A DNA stretch of 64,000 nt from Minisyncoccota bacterium (GTDB lineage: Bacteria; Patescibacteriota; Minisyncoccia; Phycocordibacterales; CAIZLB01). Below the pieces are notes generated by a model, which was not told where the DNA came from, made no database searches, and saw only the letters and a list, made by a program, of their open reading frames with translations. A program made the position numbers and the translations under genes. The stretch spans positions 40,649 through 104,648 of the forward strand of contig DASWWM010000013.1 of assembly GCA_036405975.1 (NCBI GenBank), written 5' to 3'. This document shows positions 45,883 through 56,358 of this stretch, piece by piece. The first letter of the stretch is position 1. Each line of letters begins with the position of its first letter.

Positions 45883-47691
45883 TTACTTCTTGGCTGCCGC
45901 CTTTGCCTTCGCTCGATCCGTATTCGTCAAATACTTCTTTCGAAGTCGTGCTGAAGTCGGAGTGATTTCGAGATATTCGTCTTCGTTGATGAGTTCGAGT
46001 CCTCGCTCGATGGTGATTTCAAGAGGGGGAGTGAGGTATACCGTATCGTCAGTTCCAGAAGCTCGCATGTTCGTGAGCTGCTTTCCCTTTGTTGGGTTAA
46101 CTTCCATTTCCTCACCCTTTGAAGTGTTTCCGACGATCATGCCGGCATATACTTCAGTTCCGTGTCCGATGTAGAGGACGCCTCGCGTCTGAAGATTTCC
46201 AAGTGCGAATGTAACGGCCTTTCCGTTCTCCATTGAGATCATTGATCCCACGTCTCGCTTCTCGATCTCTCCGGCGTAAGGTCGGAACTCAGTGAATCGT
46301 GATGACATGATTCCTTCTCCCTTCGTGTCCACTACAAACTGGCTTCGGTAGCCGAGAAGTCCTCGAGTCGGAATGTCGAAGGTCATTCGAGTCGTTCCGC
46401 CATCCTGCTTCATTGAAGTCATGATTCCTTTTCGCTTTCCAAGCTTCTCGATAATGGCCCCAGAGAATTCGTCCGGAGTGTCGATCACGAGCTCTTCATA
46501 CGGCTCCTGCTTGATGCCGTCGATCTGCTTGATGATAACTTCAGGCTGGGATACCTGGATTTCGTATCCTTCTCGTCGCATCTGCTCGAGGAGGATGGCG
46601 ACGTGGAGCTCGCCTCGGCCGTATACCTTCATGGTATCGCCTCCGGCAAAGTCTACCTTAAGTCCGACGTTCACTTCGAGTTCCTTTTCGAGTCGGTCTC
46701 GGATCTGTCGGCTTGTCACGAACTTTCCTTCTCGTCCTGCGAACGGAGAGTCGTTTACGAGGAAGTTGAGGGAGATAGTCGGCTCGTCGATAGAGATGGT
46801 CGGAAGGGAAGGTGTATCTGCGCTGTCAGTGATGGTGTCGCCGATGTAAATGTTTGTGAGTCCGGCGATCATTGCTACGTCGCCTGAGATGGCTTCAGCG
46901 GCATCCACTTTGCCCATACCTGCGAATGTGAAGAGCTTTACTACTCGGCCCTGCTCAACAGAACCGTCAGGCTTCTTGATGAATACGTTCTGGTTTGTCT
47001 TAATCTTTCCTTTCCAGATTCGCGCTACGGCGAGTCGTCCAAGGAAGTTATCGTATGCGAGGTTGAATGGCTGCGCTACGAGAGGTTCACTGCTCTCGTC
47101 CTTTGCGGGTGCAACCTTTTCGATAATCATCTCAAAGAGGGGGTCGAAGTCAGTGAACTCGTCCGTAAGCTCTCGCTTGGCAACTCCGTCTCGTCCGATG
47201 GCGTAGATCATAGGGAAATCGAGCTGCTCGTCGTTCGCTCCAAGCTCCATGAAGAGCTCGAGCACTTCGTCGTGCACTCGTCCCGGGTTTGCTGCGGGCT
47301 TGTCGAGCTTGTTGAGGACCACGATAGGCTTGAGTCCGAGCTCGATTGACTTTTTGAGTACGAATCGAGTCTGGGGCATGGGGCCTTCCTGGGCATCAAC
47401 GACGAGGAGTACGCAGTCGATCGATCGGAGGATTCGCTCTACTTCAGAACCGAAGTCGGCGTGACCCGGTGTATCGATGATGTTGATCTTGTGCGTAAGT
47501 CCAGTCTTCTTGCTCGTATAGTTGAGCGAAGCGTTCTTGGCGTAGATGGTGATGCCTCGTTCCTGCTCAAGCGTGTTCGAGTCCATCGAAGACGCATCCT
47601 TGACCATGCCGGTATATCGCATCATCGAGTCTACGATTGTCGTCTTTCCGTGGTCTACGTGGGCGATGATTGCTATGTTTCGAATATCCAT
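45883..47691 (-). CDS. typA: Translational GTPase TypA/BipA
   Basis: MDIRNIAIIAHVDHGKTTIVD (G1), DTPGHADF (G3), NKLD (G4). Length and domain order match BipA. Start at the internal Met. Confidence 0.85.
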   Translation of the reverse strand: MDIRNIAIIAHVDHGKTTIVDSMMRYTGMVKDASSMDSNTLEQERGITIYAKNASLNYTSKKTGLTHKINIIDTPGHADFGSEVERILRSIDCVLLVVDAQEGPMPQTRFVLKKSIELGLKPIVVLNKLDKPAANPGRVHDEVLELFMELGANDEQLDFPMIYAIGRDGVAKRELTDEFTDFDPLFEMIIEKVAPAKDESSEPLVAQPFNLAYDNFLGRLAVARIWKGKIKTNQNVFIKKPDGSVEQGRVVKLFTFAGMGKVDAAEAISGDVAMIAGLTNIYIGDTITDSADTPSLPTISIDEPTISLNFLVNDSPFAGREGKFVTSRQIRDRLEKELEVNVGLKVDFAGGDTMKVYGRGELHVAILLEQMRREGYEIQVSQPEVIIKQIDGIKQEPYEELVIDTPDEFSGAIIEKLGKRKGIMTSMKQDGGTTRMTFDIPTRGLLGYRSQFVVDTKGEGIMSSRFTEFRPYAGEIEKRDVGSMISMENGKAVTFALGNLQTRGVLYIGHGTEVYAGMIVGNTSKGEEMEVNPTKGKQLTNMRASGTDDTVYLTPPLEITIERGLELINEDEYLEITPTSARLRKKYLTNTDRAKAKAAAKK

Positions 47692-47903
47692 TGTTTTTGT
47701 AATTTTGTTAAAAGCCCGCAAAGGCTGCCTTTGGTTAAAATGAAGCCTGATTAAAGCATTATTTAGGCCGCACTGCAAGTTTTAGCATTGACAGTAATCC
47801 TGGGAATATTGCCTTATTTTTCACTTCTTCATATAGATGAATGAATAGGCCGTATGTGGTATAGTGTTGGGTACAAATATTAGACATTATTCAGCATTCA
47901 TAC

Positions 47904-49466
47904 ATGAAAAGCCGCATCCAATCTCTTACCAAGCATCTTAAAAAGAAGAAGATCTACATTCCCTTGGCACTTTTGCTCATCTTCGGAGCGTTCTCTGTCT
48001 TCGGAGGCAAAGGGGATGTGGCTGAGGAAATATACGCGGTAGAGCCAGCGACATTCGTTCAGGAGGTCGCGGTGACTGGCCAGGTGGTGGCAGCAAAGGA
48101 TGCGAATATGACATTCGAATCAACCGGCAGGGTTGCCCGAATCAATGTGAAGGTCGGCGACGAGGTTCGAGCAGGACAGGTTCTTGCTTCTCTTTCGAAC
48201 GGGGACGCGGCAGCTGCGGTTGCTCAGAGGCAGGCACGGGCCGACTCTCAGGCCGCACGCCTCGCTGAAGTTCGGACAGGGTCCAGAACCGAAGACGTGA
48301 ATATCGCTCAGGCAGAATTTGACGGAGCGGTCATTGCCTATGGCCAGAGCCTCCAGTCGCTCGTAGACGAGATCAAGGATACCTATTCGAAGTCGGATGA
48401 TGCGATCCGGTCTAAAGTCGATCAGCTCTACAGGAATCCGCGAACGGTAACTCCTGAAATTATCTCATTCGACAATTACACTCTTGCGGTATCGCTCAAT
48501 GCGAAGCGGCTTAGGGCAGGAGAAATCCTTGCCGAATGGAGCAAGTCGGTCATGCCTCTCACGGTCGACACGTATTCCGCTTCGTATCTCAATGAAGCGC
48601 GAACGAATCTCGCATTCATGCGTGATTTCATGAATGACCTGTCGACCGCAGTCTCGGCCATCGAGGCGAGCTCGGCCATTCCTCAATCTACGATCGACAA
48701 GTATCGGTCTGACATTTCATCGGCACGATCGACAATCGGGGCTTCGTTCTCTGCGCTGACAGCTGCAGAGCAGTCATACAAGTCTGCCCTTACGACGAAG
48801 CAGACGAAAGAGCAGCAGCTCGCGCTCAAGAAGTCTGGATCGACATCGCAGCAGATCGCACAGCAGCAGGCGGAGTACAGGAGCGCTCTCGCTGACGTTC
48901 AGGCGGCACAAGCGGCTTTGGCCAAGACGCTCATTGTCGCTCCGTTTGACGGAGTCATCACCAAGGTGGATATCAAGGTTGGCGAAAGCTCTCCTGTCGG
49001 ATCAAGCGCGCTTTCGCTTATCAGCTCGTCCGGATTCGAGATCGAAAGCTTCATCTCGGAGAATGATATTTCAAAGGTCATGATTGGACAGCCTGCCCGA
49101 GTCACGCTTGATGCATATGGAAGCGATGTCGTATTCTCTGCCGCGGTCAGCCAGGTTGATCCGAGCGAGACTATCAAGGACGGGGTCTCAACATACAAGA
49201 CAAAGCTCCAGTTTACCCAGAACGATGATCGGATCAGATCGGGAATGACGGCAAATACGGTCATTCAGACAGCTGAAAAGCCGGCATCAGTCATCATCCC
49301 TCAGGAAGCCCTTTTCCTTGAAGGTGGCGAGAAGGTCGTAACGGTCGACGAGGCGGGCAAGCGCGTCAACAGAAAGGTCGTGACGGGAGGGATCAATACC
49401 CAGGGCAAGATCGAGGTGCTCGAAGGTCTCCTTGTCGGCGACAGGGTTGTAATCAAGAAGAAATAG
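47904..49466 (+). CDS. HlyD-family periplasmic adaptor (membrane fusion protein) of an ABC efflux system
   Basis: N-terminal TM, biotinyl/lipoyl-like hairpin blocks (VKVGDEVRAGQVLASL), and a long coiled coil. Confidence 0.7.
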   Translation: MKSRIQSLTKHLKKKKIYIPLALLLIFGAFSVFGGKGDVAEEIYAVEPATFVQEVAVTGQVVAAKDANMTFESTGRVARINVKVGDEVRAGQVLASLSNGDAAAAVAQRQARADSQAARLAEVRTGSRTEDVNIAQAEFDGAVIAYGQSLQSLVDEIKDTYSKSDDAIRSKVDQLYRNPRTVTPEIISFDNYTLAVSLNAKRLRAGEILAEWSKSVMPLTVDTYSASYLNEARTNLAFMRDFMNDLSTAVSAIEASSAIPQSTIDKYRSDISSARSTIGASFSALTAAEQSYKSALTTKQTKEQQLALKKSGSTSQQIAQQQAEYRSALADVQAAQAALAKTLIVAPFDGVITKVDIKVGESSPVGSSALSLISSSGFEIESFISENDISKVMIGQPARVTLDAYGSDVVFSAAVSQVDPSETIKDGVSTYKTKLQFTQNDDRIRSGMTANTVIQTAEKPASVIIPQEALFLEGGEKVVTVDEAGKRVNRKVVTGGINTQGKIEVLEGLLVGDRVVIKKK

Positions 49467-49467
49467 G

Positions 49468-50739
49468 ATGGCAGCCAAGAAAAAAGCGCATGTCTGGAGA
49501 GTCGGGTTCTTTCTCGCGTACCGGCAGGTCAAGCGGGCAAGCCTTTGGACTACCGCACTCATCATCGCGGTGATGACGCTGACATTCCTCAACCTCGTCG
49601 TGGTAAACGGCGTTCTCGTGGGGCTTATTGAAAGCTCGGTCGAGGCGACGCGAGACAGGGGGACGGGCGATGTCGTCATAACGACACTTCAGCAGAAGAA
49701 TCAGGTTGAAAGAAGCCAGGACATTCAGAATGTGCTCAGGAGCCTTCCTGAGGTTAAGTCTTTCTCTGCGCGGTATCTCGGGAACGGAGTGCTCAACGCT
49801 GACTACCGACGGTTGCTGAGGCAGGACGAAAGCGCCAATAGCGTAGGGGTGACAATTGCCGGCATTGATCCGCTCAAGGAAAATGCGATCAGTCGAATGT
49901 CGGAGTATGTCGTTGAGGGATCGTACCTTCAGCCAAATGATCCTGATGGCATTCTTATCGGTTCAAACTTCCTTTTTAAGTACACTCCGATCGAAGTGTC
50001 GGGATTCCAGACGCTCAAGGACGTGGAGATAGGGAAGAAGCTCAAGCTCACCGTCGGAAGCAGCTCAAAGGAGGTGATCGTCAGGGGATTCGTCAAGTCA
50101 AAGGTTGACTCGACTGACTTCAGGGTGTTCATGATAGAAAGCGAAGTAAGGAAGATGATCGGCAGAAGCGAGCTGAACGTGAATGAGATTTCGATCAAGC
50201 TTGCGAGCGGTGCAACAGAGCAGGACGCCCTCCGGCTCAAGCAGATCCTTCTCAACAACGGCTTCGATGTGGGTGCGCGAATCCAGACATACGTTGAGGC
50301 GCAGCCGAAGTTCCTCAAGGATATGTCCGACACCTTCGGACTGCTCGGAAACATGATCGGAAGTATCGGTCTTGCCGTCGCATCCATCACGATTTTCATT
50401 GTGATCTTCGTTAACGCTATCACGAGAAGAAAGTTCATCGGAATCCTCAAGGGGATCGGCATCAGCCCGAAGGCGATCGAGGTCTCATATATCATCCAGT
50501 CCATCTTCTATGCCGTGACCGGATCGCTTCTCGGACTCCTCGTGCTTTACGGATTCCTGGTTCCGTATATCTATGCAAATCCGATCGACTTCCCGTTCAG
50601 CGACGGATACCTGTATGCGCCGCTTAGCGGGACAATGATCAGGGTCGTCCTTCTTATCACCGTCACTGTCATTGCCGGATACATTCCTGCGCGAATGATC
50701 GTCAAGAAGAATACCCTTGATGCGATTCTCGGACGATAG
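49468..50739 (+). CDS. ABC transporter permease, FtsX/MacB-like
   Basis: N-terminal TM, large periplasmic domain, and a C-terminal 3-TM FtsX fold. Confidence 0.75.
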   Translation: MAAKKKAHVWRVGFFLAYRQVKRASLWTTALIIAVMTLTFLNLVVVNGVLVGLIESSVEATRDRGTGDVVITTLQQKNQVERSQDIQNVLRSLPEVKSFSARYLGNGVLNADYRRLLRQDESANSVGVTIAGIDPLKENAISRMSEYVVEGSYLQPNDPDGILIGSNFLFKYTPIEVSGFQTLKDVEIGKKLKLTVGSSSKEVIVRGFVKSKVDSTDFRVFMIESEVRKMIGRSELNVNEISIKLASGATEQDALRLKQILLNNGFDVGARIQTYVEAQPKFLKDMSDTFGLLGNMIGSIGLAVASITIFIVIFVNAITRRKFIGILKGIGISPKAIEVSYIIQSIFYAVTGSLLGLLVLYGFLVPYIYANPIDFPFSDGYLYAPLSGTMIRVVLLITVTVIAGYIPARMIVKKNTLDAILGR

Positions 50740-50781
50740 GAACTTTACTCATTTCAACCATTAACGAACAATCAAACCTGT

Positions 50782-51474
50782 ATGAAGCCTGACCTGAAAG
50801 AAAACATAATCGCGACGCGAGGACTCAAGAAGTCATTCGTCGACGGAGACAAGGTGACGGAAGTGCTCAAGGGGATCGACCTTGAAATCAAGCGGGGCGA
50901 GTTCGTGGCGATCATGGGACGATCCGGAGCTGGAAAGTCTACGTTGCTGTACCAGATCAGCCTCCTTGATCATTCGACTTCGGGCCAGATTTATGTCGAT
51001 GGCGTTCAGGTCACTGGCATGCATGAAGATGAGCGAGTCGATTTCCGGCTTAAGGAGCTCGGGTACGTATTCCAGGACTATGCGCTTCTCCCGGACCTCA
51101 CTGCCAAGGAGAATGTGGCTCTGCCTCTCATCATGCAGGGCATGGAAATTCCCGATGCCTATGCGGTTGCCGAGCAGACTCTTGCCAGGGTGAGCCTGAG
51201 CCACAGGATAAACAATCTTCCGTCGAAGCTCTCGGGAGGAGAGCAGCAGCGAGTGAGCATCGCCAGGGCCATCGCCCATAAGCCGAAGATCCTCTTTGCC
51301 GATGAGCCGACCGCGAACCTTGATACCGAGTCATCGGCGCTCATCTTGAAAATTTTCCTCGAGCTCAATGCCGAGGGACAGACTATCGTCATGGTAACGC
51401 ATGAGGACGAGTACGGGGATGCGACGGACCGGGTCATCTTCCTCAAGGATGGACAACTTTCAGAAGAGCGGTAG
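50782..51474 (+). CDS. ABC transporter ATP-binding protein (MacB/LolD type)
   Basis: Walker A GRSGAGKST, signature LSGGEQQRV, Walker B ILFADEPT. Confidence 0.85.
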   Translation: MKPDLKENIIATRGLKKSFVDGDKVTEVLKGIDLEIKRGEFVAIMGRSGAGKSTLLYQISLLDHSTSGQIYVDGVQVTGMHEDERVDFRLKELGYVFQDYALLPDLTAKENVALPLIMQGMEIPDAYAVAEQTLARVSLSHRINNLPSKLSGGEQQRVSIARAIAHKPKILFADEPTANLDTESSALILKIFLELNAEGQTIVMVTHEDEYGDATDRVIFLKDGQLSEER

Positions 51475-51588
51475 ACTGGTCAGCAGGACAGTGAACTTAG
51501 AAAATAAAGCGGGCTCGGGCCTGCGATACGGGATGCCAAAAGCATCTCATTTTCTTTGCATTTGAAATCAAAATAGAAGGAGGACGGA

Positions 51589-52650
51589 ATGAGGAGAATA
51601 CATGAATTGTTGGTGAATGCTGTATCCGGAGAGAATCCGTTATTCGGGAAAGGGATCTTTGCCTTTCAAAATATTGATGGCAAACGGGCATATTTTCCGA
51701 TCGACGTATCGGGCAAGGGCAATGAATGCCAAGTCAGCGACTTTTCGCAGTTCGACATCGCATCCATTACCAAATTTTTCCTTACTATCCTGTATCACAT
51801 TCTCAGGGAACGATTTGGAAAATTCGATAACAATACGTTGGTCGCGCCTGTTCTCGGCATGTCGGGTGCTTTTACCGAGCATCTGACTGTCGGGCATCTG
51901 CTTCAGTTCTGTGCCCAATTCACTGCAAAAGGGTATCCTACAAAGGATATCGTTGCGCGCAGCAAAAACGGAGTGGTGAATGGCCTGACGGAAACCTTGA
52001 CCTCATGCGGTCTTGAGAAGATGCCGGGCGAGTCATGGACATACGGGAATCCGCATTCGATTCTGCTTGGGTTTTTCCTTGAGCGGGCAATGGGCGAGTC
52101 GCTGGAATCATTGATGCAGAAGCATCTGCTGGATCCGCTTGATATGCACAGGACTACCGTGAGGCCTGTGCCTGACGGAAGTGTCATTCAGTCAGGCAAA
52201 GAGACTTCTGGCGGAACGATTCATGATCCGACCGCGAGAGCCGCCTTGAGTGAAGGGAGGGTGATTGGGTCGGCGGGATATTTCTCGACGGCCTCTGATC
52301 TTCTGAATCTCCTTGGGATGATTCACCAGGGAGGAATGCATGGCGAGAATCGGATCATCTCTGGGGAAACCGCTCGAACATTGCATGCCGGAATGCTGCC
52401 GATATTCGGAAATGGGGCGGGCAAATGGAATGTGTACCGAAAAGGTCTCGTTCCTGAAGCGTTCATGGACGATCTTGCCATATTCAAGCTTGGCCATACG
52501 GGCTGCATAGTCTTTGTCTCAAAAAGGCACGGTATATGCGGAACGGTACTGACTGACTACCTTATGTATCATTCTGAGTCAGAAAAAAGGACGCCTCTGT
52601 ATGGGTTGTTCGCTCAGCTCGGTACGGCAGCAGGCCTTTGTCTGCTGTAA
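51589..52650 (+). CDS. Serine hydrolase of the beta-lactamase/PBP-like family
   Basis: SITK (SxxK) active-site motif near the N-terminus and overall beta-lactamase-fold length. Confidence 0.6.
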   Translation: MRRIHELLVNAVSGENPLFGKGIFAFQNIDGKRAYFPIDVSGKGNECQVSDFSQFDIASITKFFLTILYHILRERFGKFDNNTLVAPVLGMSGAFTEHLTVGHLLQFCAQFTAKGYPTKDIVARSKNGVVNGLTETLTSCGLEKMPGESWTYGNPHSILLGFFLERAMGESLESLMQKHLLDPLDMHRTTVRPVPDGSVIQSGKETSGGTIHDPTARAALSEGRVIGSAGYFSTASDLLNLLGMIHQGGMHGENRIISGETARTLHAGMLPIFGNGAGKWNVYRKGLVPEAFMDDLAIFKLGHTGCIVFVSKRHGICGTVLTDYLMYHSESEKRTPLYGLFAQLGTAAGLCLL

Positions 52651-52818
52651 TTCGGCTGGCGTTTCATTACAGGCCCGGCATCGCAGTTGTATGCGATGCC
52701 GGGCTATCTTGTTTTCTTAATCAGCAATCCGTGGTATGAATGCATTTGGTAAAAAAAAGATCTTTGGGCCAGAACCGTTTCTGGCTTTGATTTGGCTGAA
52801 CATAAACAAGGAGGGAAT

Positions 52819-53202
52819 ATGCAAAAAGGAGGAATAAATTCACTGGTAACGCCAATCGACGTACCGCCAGATGCTGAGTTTCTGATTAAGAATGTGCACT
52901 CTGGTAAAGGCTGCGATAATGGTCACTATCAAGGCAGCATTTCTGTGATCAGGACAGTGGGTGAGCATCTGAAGGTGGAGGAACGAGAACGGCATTTCAC
53001 GTTCATTGTCTCCACTCTCAATGGCTGCAGAATCCAGTGCAATGTCTACTCTTCAAGCGGCGACACGGTGGGCCATGCGGAAAAACTGGGGGAATCGTTC
53101 ATCGATGCTCCTGAACCCGGTACGGGAAACAGCAGGCTGTGTGAGCACCTGATCAATGCATTGGAGGAGATCAAAAAACAGGCAGAGGAGAACAGGGGGT
53201 GA
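52819..53202 (+). CDS. Hypothetical protein (127 aa) with a strong Shine-Dalgarno and a TGA stop
   Basis: AAGGAGGG lies 4 nt before the ATG at 52819. ORF ends in TGA. Followed by a terminator. Confidence 0.4.
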   Translation: MQKGGINSLVTPIDVPPDAEFLIKNVHSGKGCDNGHYQGSISVIRTVGEHLKVEERERHFTFIVSTLNGCRIQCNVYSSSGDTVGHAEKLGESFIDAPEPGTGNSRLCEHLINALEEIKKQAEENRG

Positions 53203-53224
53203 GGCTCAGTAGCCTGATGGGCTG

Positions 53225-53262
53225 CCCCGGAACGAATGTTGATTTCGTTCCGGGGCTTTTAT
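53225..53262 (+). terminator. Rho-independent terminator
   Basis: ccccggaacgaa-tgttgat-ttcgttccgggg followed by cttttattt. Confidence 0.5.
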
Positions 53263-53311
53263 TTATGCTAAAATCGAATGACAGTAATAATCAGCTAACT
53301 AAGTTAAAAAA

Positions 53312-53671
53312 ATGGAATCAAATCCCGAGAACAGGGCTCCGTGGCAGAAGGTAGCAGAAGAAGAGGCGGCGGTCGAATATCCTTCTGGCCATGTCGAGGT
53401 TGTAAGGGAGGTCGAGACGGGACATGCTCGTGAGCTGGCTAAAATTAGAGAAGATAAGATGAAGAATTTCAGCGATCCCACTGAACTGTTCACCAAGATG
53501 GAGAAGGTCACGGCTTTCGTCAATCGACTCAGAGATCGGGTTGGTGATGCTGAGCTTGAAAGATACAGGGCGTACCACGCTCTTGTTGGAAGCACGCCGA
53601 TGGCTGACGTCTCCGATCTTATGGATCTGCCAGGAGGCGAAATCGAAAAATTCATCCGGCACGAGCTTTGA
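53312..53671 (+). CDS. Hypothetical acidic protein (119 aa) with a TGA stop
   Basis: ORF only. No family recognised. Confidence 0.35.
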   Translation: MESNPENRAPWQKVAEEEAAVEYPSGHVEVVREVETGHARELAKIREDKMKNFSDPTELFTKMEKVTAFVNRLRDRVGDAELERYRAYHALVGSTPMADVSDLMDLPGGEIEKFIRHEL

Positions 53672-53755
53672 TTTTCGCTTTTTCCCGCATTTCTGCTATA
53701 TTTTGACTCACGCATATAAGCCGCACGCCCAGGGCGCCTTTGCCTATACATATAT

Positions 53756-55672
53756 ATGAATCTAAAGAATATCAGGAACTTCAGCATCATCGCCCATATC
53801 GACCACGGAAAGTCCACGCTTGCCGACCGAATGCTTGAGCTTACGAATACCATCGAGAAGCGAAAGATGATGAATCAGGTTCTCGACAATATGGAACTCG
53901 AGCGAGAGAAGGGTATCACGATCAAGATGCGGCCCGTTCAGATGCACTATACGGTCAAAGCGGACATTGCTGCGACGAAAGGCGTCGAGGCTGGACAGTA
54001 CCAGCTGAACCTCATCGATACTCCGGGGCATATCGACTTCTCGTATGAAGTGTCCCGAGCTCTCAAAGCCGTTGAGGGTTCTATTCTTCTCGTGGACGCG
54101 ACGCAGGGTGTTCAGGCACAGACGCTGACGACGCTTCGAATGGCACAGGATGTGGGACTGAAGATTATCCCAGTTCTCTCAAAGGTGGATTCTCCTTTGG
54201 CACGACTTGATGATATCAAGGAGGAAATGATCACGCTTCTTGGCTGCGAGTTCGATGACATTATTGAGACGTCGGGAAAGACAGGTCAGGGTGTAGAGGG
54301 GCTTCTTCAGGAAATCATCAAGAAGATCCCTGCGCCTGTCGAGGAAATGCCTCAGTCAGGAAGCTTCCGAGGTCTCGTATTCGATTTTCAATATTCAAAT
54401 CATAAAGGCGTAATCGTATTCGTCCGAGCAATGGACGGAACGGTCAAGAAAGGCGATGAGCTTCAGTTCAAGATTGCTGGGGAAAAATTCTATGCGCTCG
54501 AAGTCGGAATTTTCACTCCTGAAGAAGTCTCTACGGGAACTCTCGAGCCGGGACAAATCGGCTATATCGTAACTGGAATTAAGCAGCCGGGTATTGCATC
54601 AGTGGGAGATACCATCACTTTGAATAAGAAGCCTCTTCCGGAGCTTGCCGGTTATATGAGCCCTTCTCCGGTGGTATGGGCTTCGGTATACCCAGAAGAT
54701 GCCGACGACTTTGAGCTTCTCAAGCAGGCGCTGGGAAGGCTTCGACTTTCAGACTCAGCCTTCTCTCATGAAGAGGAGTCCTCGGGCTCCCTCGGGCGAG
54801 GATTCCGGTGCGGGTTCCTCGGACTCCTTCATCTCGAAATCATCACCGAGCGACTTAAGCGAGAGTTCAATCTGAACCTTGTCATCGCGACGCCGAGCAT
54901 TACTTATGAAGTTACGCTCAAGTCCGGATCAAGCGGCGCGGCAGTTCAGAACAGCCTTGGAAATATTTACTCGGGCCAGATCAAGACTGACGAAGTTACG
55001 GGCGAGCGAACGGTCATGGTGTATTCGCCGTCGCTTTTCCCAGACCATGGTCAGTATGAGCGCGTGCGAGAGCCTTGGGTTAAGCTTTCGATCATCACCC
55101 CTGACACATATACCGGTCCAATCTATCAGCTTCTCTATGATCATGAAGCGGAGCTCAAAGACACCGTGTCTTTCGGAGATGGACGAGCACAGCTCATTAT
55201 CGATATGCCGCTTCGAGAGCTCATGCGAAACTTCTTTGACGAGCTCAAGAGCATCTCTTCAGGATACGCATCTCTTTCGTATGAGTTCGAAGGCTTGCGA
55301 GAAGCGGACGTGACACGAATGGACATTCTCGTTGCTGACGAGCCTGTTGAGGCATTTACAAAAGTGGTCGCAAATAGAAGGACGGACGAAGAAGGAAACA
55401 AGTCTGTTGACCGACTTGAAGCAGTGCTCCCGCGGCAGCTCTTCACTACGAAGATTCAGGCAAAGGTCAATGGACGAATTATCGCGTCGCGAACTCTTTC
55501 TGCGCTCCGAAAGGACGTAACCGGCTATCTGTACGGAGGCGATATTACGCGAAAGATGAAGCTCCTCGAAAAGCAGAAGAAAGGAAAGAAGAAGATGCTT
55601 GAGCGAGGGAAGGGTCAGGTGAACATTCCGCATGATGTGTTCCTGAAGATGATGAAGTCGGGAGATAACTAA
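53756..55672 (+). CDS. lepA: Elongation factor 4
   Basis: IRNFSIIAHIDHGKSTLADR, DTPGHIDF, and a LepA-specific C-terminal domain. Confidence 0.9.
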   Translation: MNLKNIRNFSIIAHIDHGKSTLADRMLELTNTIEKRKMMNQVLDNMELEREKGITIKMRPVQMHYTVKADIAATKGVEAGQYQLNLIDTPGHIDFSYEVSRALKAVEGSILLVDATQGVQAQTLTTLRMAQDVGLKIIPVLSKVDSPLARLDDIKEEMITLLGCEFDDIIETSGKTGQGVEGLLQEIIKKIPAPVEEMPQSGSFRGLVFDFQYSNHKGVIVFVRAMDGTVKKGDELQFKIAGEKFYALEVGIFTPEEVSTGTLEPGQIGYIVTGIKQPGIASVGDTITLNKKPLPELAGYMSPSPVVWASVYPEDADDFELLKQALGRLRLSDSAFSHEEESSGSLGRGFRCGFLGLLHLEIITERLKREFNLNLVIATPSITYEVTLKSGSSGAAVQNSLGNIYSGQIKTDEVTGERTVMVYSPSLFPDHGQYERVREPWVKLSIITPDTYTGPIYQLLYDHEAELKDTVSFGDGRAQLIIDMPLRELMRNFFDELKSISSGYASLSYEFEGLREADVTRMDILVADEPVEAFTKVVANRRTDEEGNKSVDRLEAVLPRQLFTTKIQAKVNGRIIASRTLSALRKDVTGYLYGGDITRKMKLLEKQKKGKKKMLERGKGQVNIPHDVFLKMMKSGDN

Positions 55673-55803
55673 AAAAGCCCTTCCGCACAGGAGGGGCATT
55701 TTTGAGTGATGAGTGCGTTGGTTGTGCCTACTGAAACAGGGCGGGAAGGTACATAAGCACCATTGATACGATAAGCACGATTCCGAGGGCTGACCATGCG
55801 AAC

Positions 55804-56280
55804 TTGATGGCCTTCTGGTATTTTGGGTTGAACATGATGTCGTATATACTAGCAGCATTCATGAGGGAATTCCAGCAGAGAAATAGGACCAGGAAAAGAC
55901 TCTATTCAAAGACGGTATTGCTCGTACTGTTCATTTTCGTCCTCCTTGTTGCTCGAGGCGTCGTAAGCGTGTATTTCAAGGAGCGAGAAAGCCGGGTGGA
56001 AATGGAACGGGCAAATGAGCAGAGGGCCGAGCTTCAGGCACGGTATGACAGGATCAAGGATCGGTCAGACCACCTCCAAAGCGATGCCGGAATCGAGGCA
56101 GAAATCCGAAGCAAGTTCGACGTCATCAAGGAAGGCGAGGGGGTTATCGTGATTGTCGACAAGGAGCTTCCTGTCGTCGAAGAAGACAAGCGGGGTGTCC
56201 TCAAGAAGTTCTGGGATTCGGTCGTCGGCGTCTTTAAAAAGGACGAGGCGACGACGACCGAAGACGGCTCTTCGGAATAA
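55804..56280 (+). CDS. FtsB/DivIC-like septum-formation protein (TM plus coiled coil)
   Basis: Single TM, then coiled coil (RANEQRAELQARYDRIKDRSDHLQSD), then ...AEIRSKFDVIKEGEGVIVI. Confidence 0.45.
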   Translation: MMAFWYFGLNMMSYILAAFMREFQQRNRTRKRLYSKTVLLVLFIFVLLVARGVVSVYFKERESRVEMERANEQRAELQARYDRIKDRSDHLQSDAGIEAEIRSKFDVIKEGEGVIVIVDKELPVVEEDKRGVLKKFWDSVVGVFKKDEATTTEDGSSE

Positions 56281-56358
56281 TCATTTGAGCCTTGTGCAGC
56301 AAGGCTCATGCGCTATTTTGTGGCCTAAGAATGCAGGCCGATGTATAATGGGGAAGCT

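Noticed and set aside
51617-52508. Several 60-100-aa ORFs overlapping the beta-lactamase-fold gene (51617..51886, 51640..51918, 51903..52187, 52192..52497).
   Set aside because: Alternative-frame artefacts inside a 353-aa gene with a clear SxxK serine-hydrolase motif.
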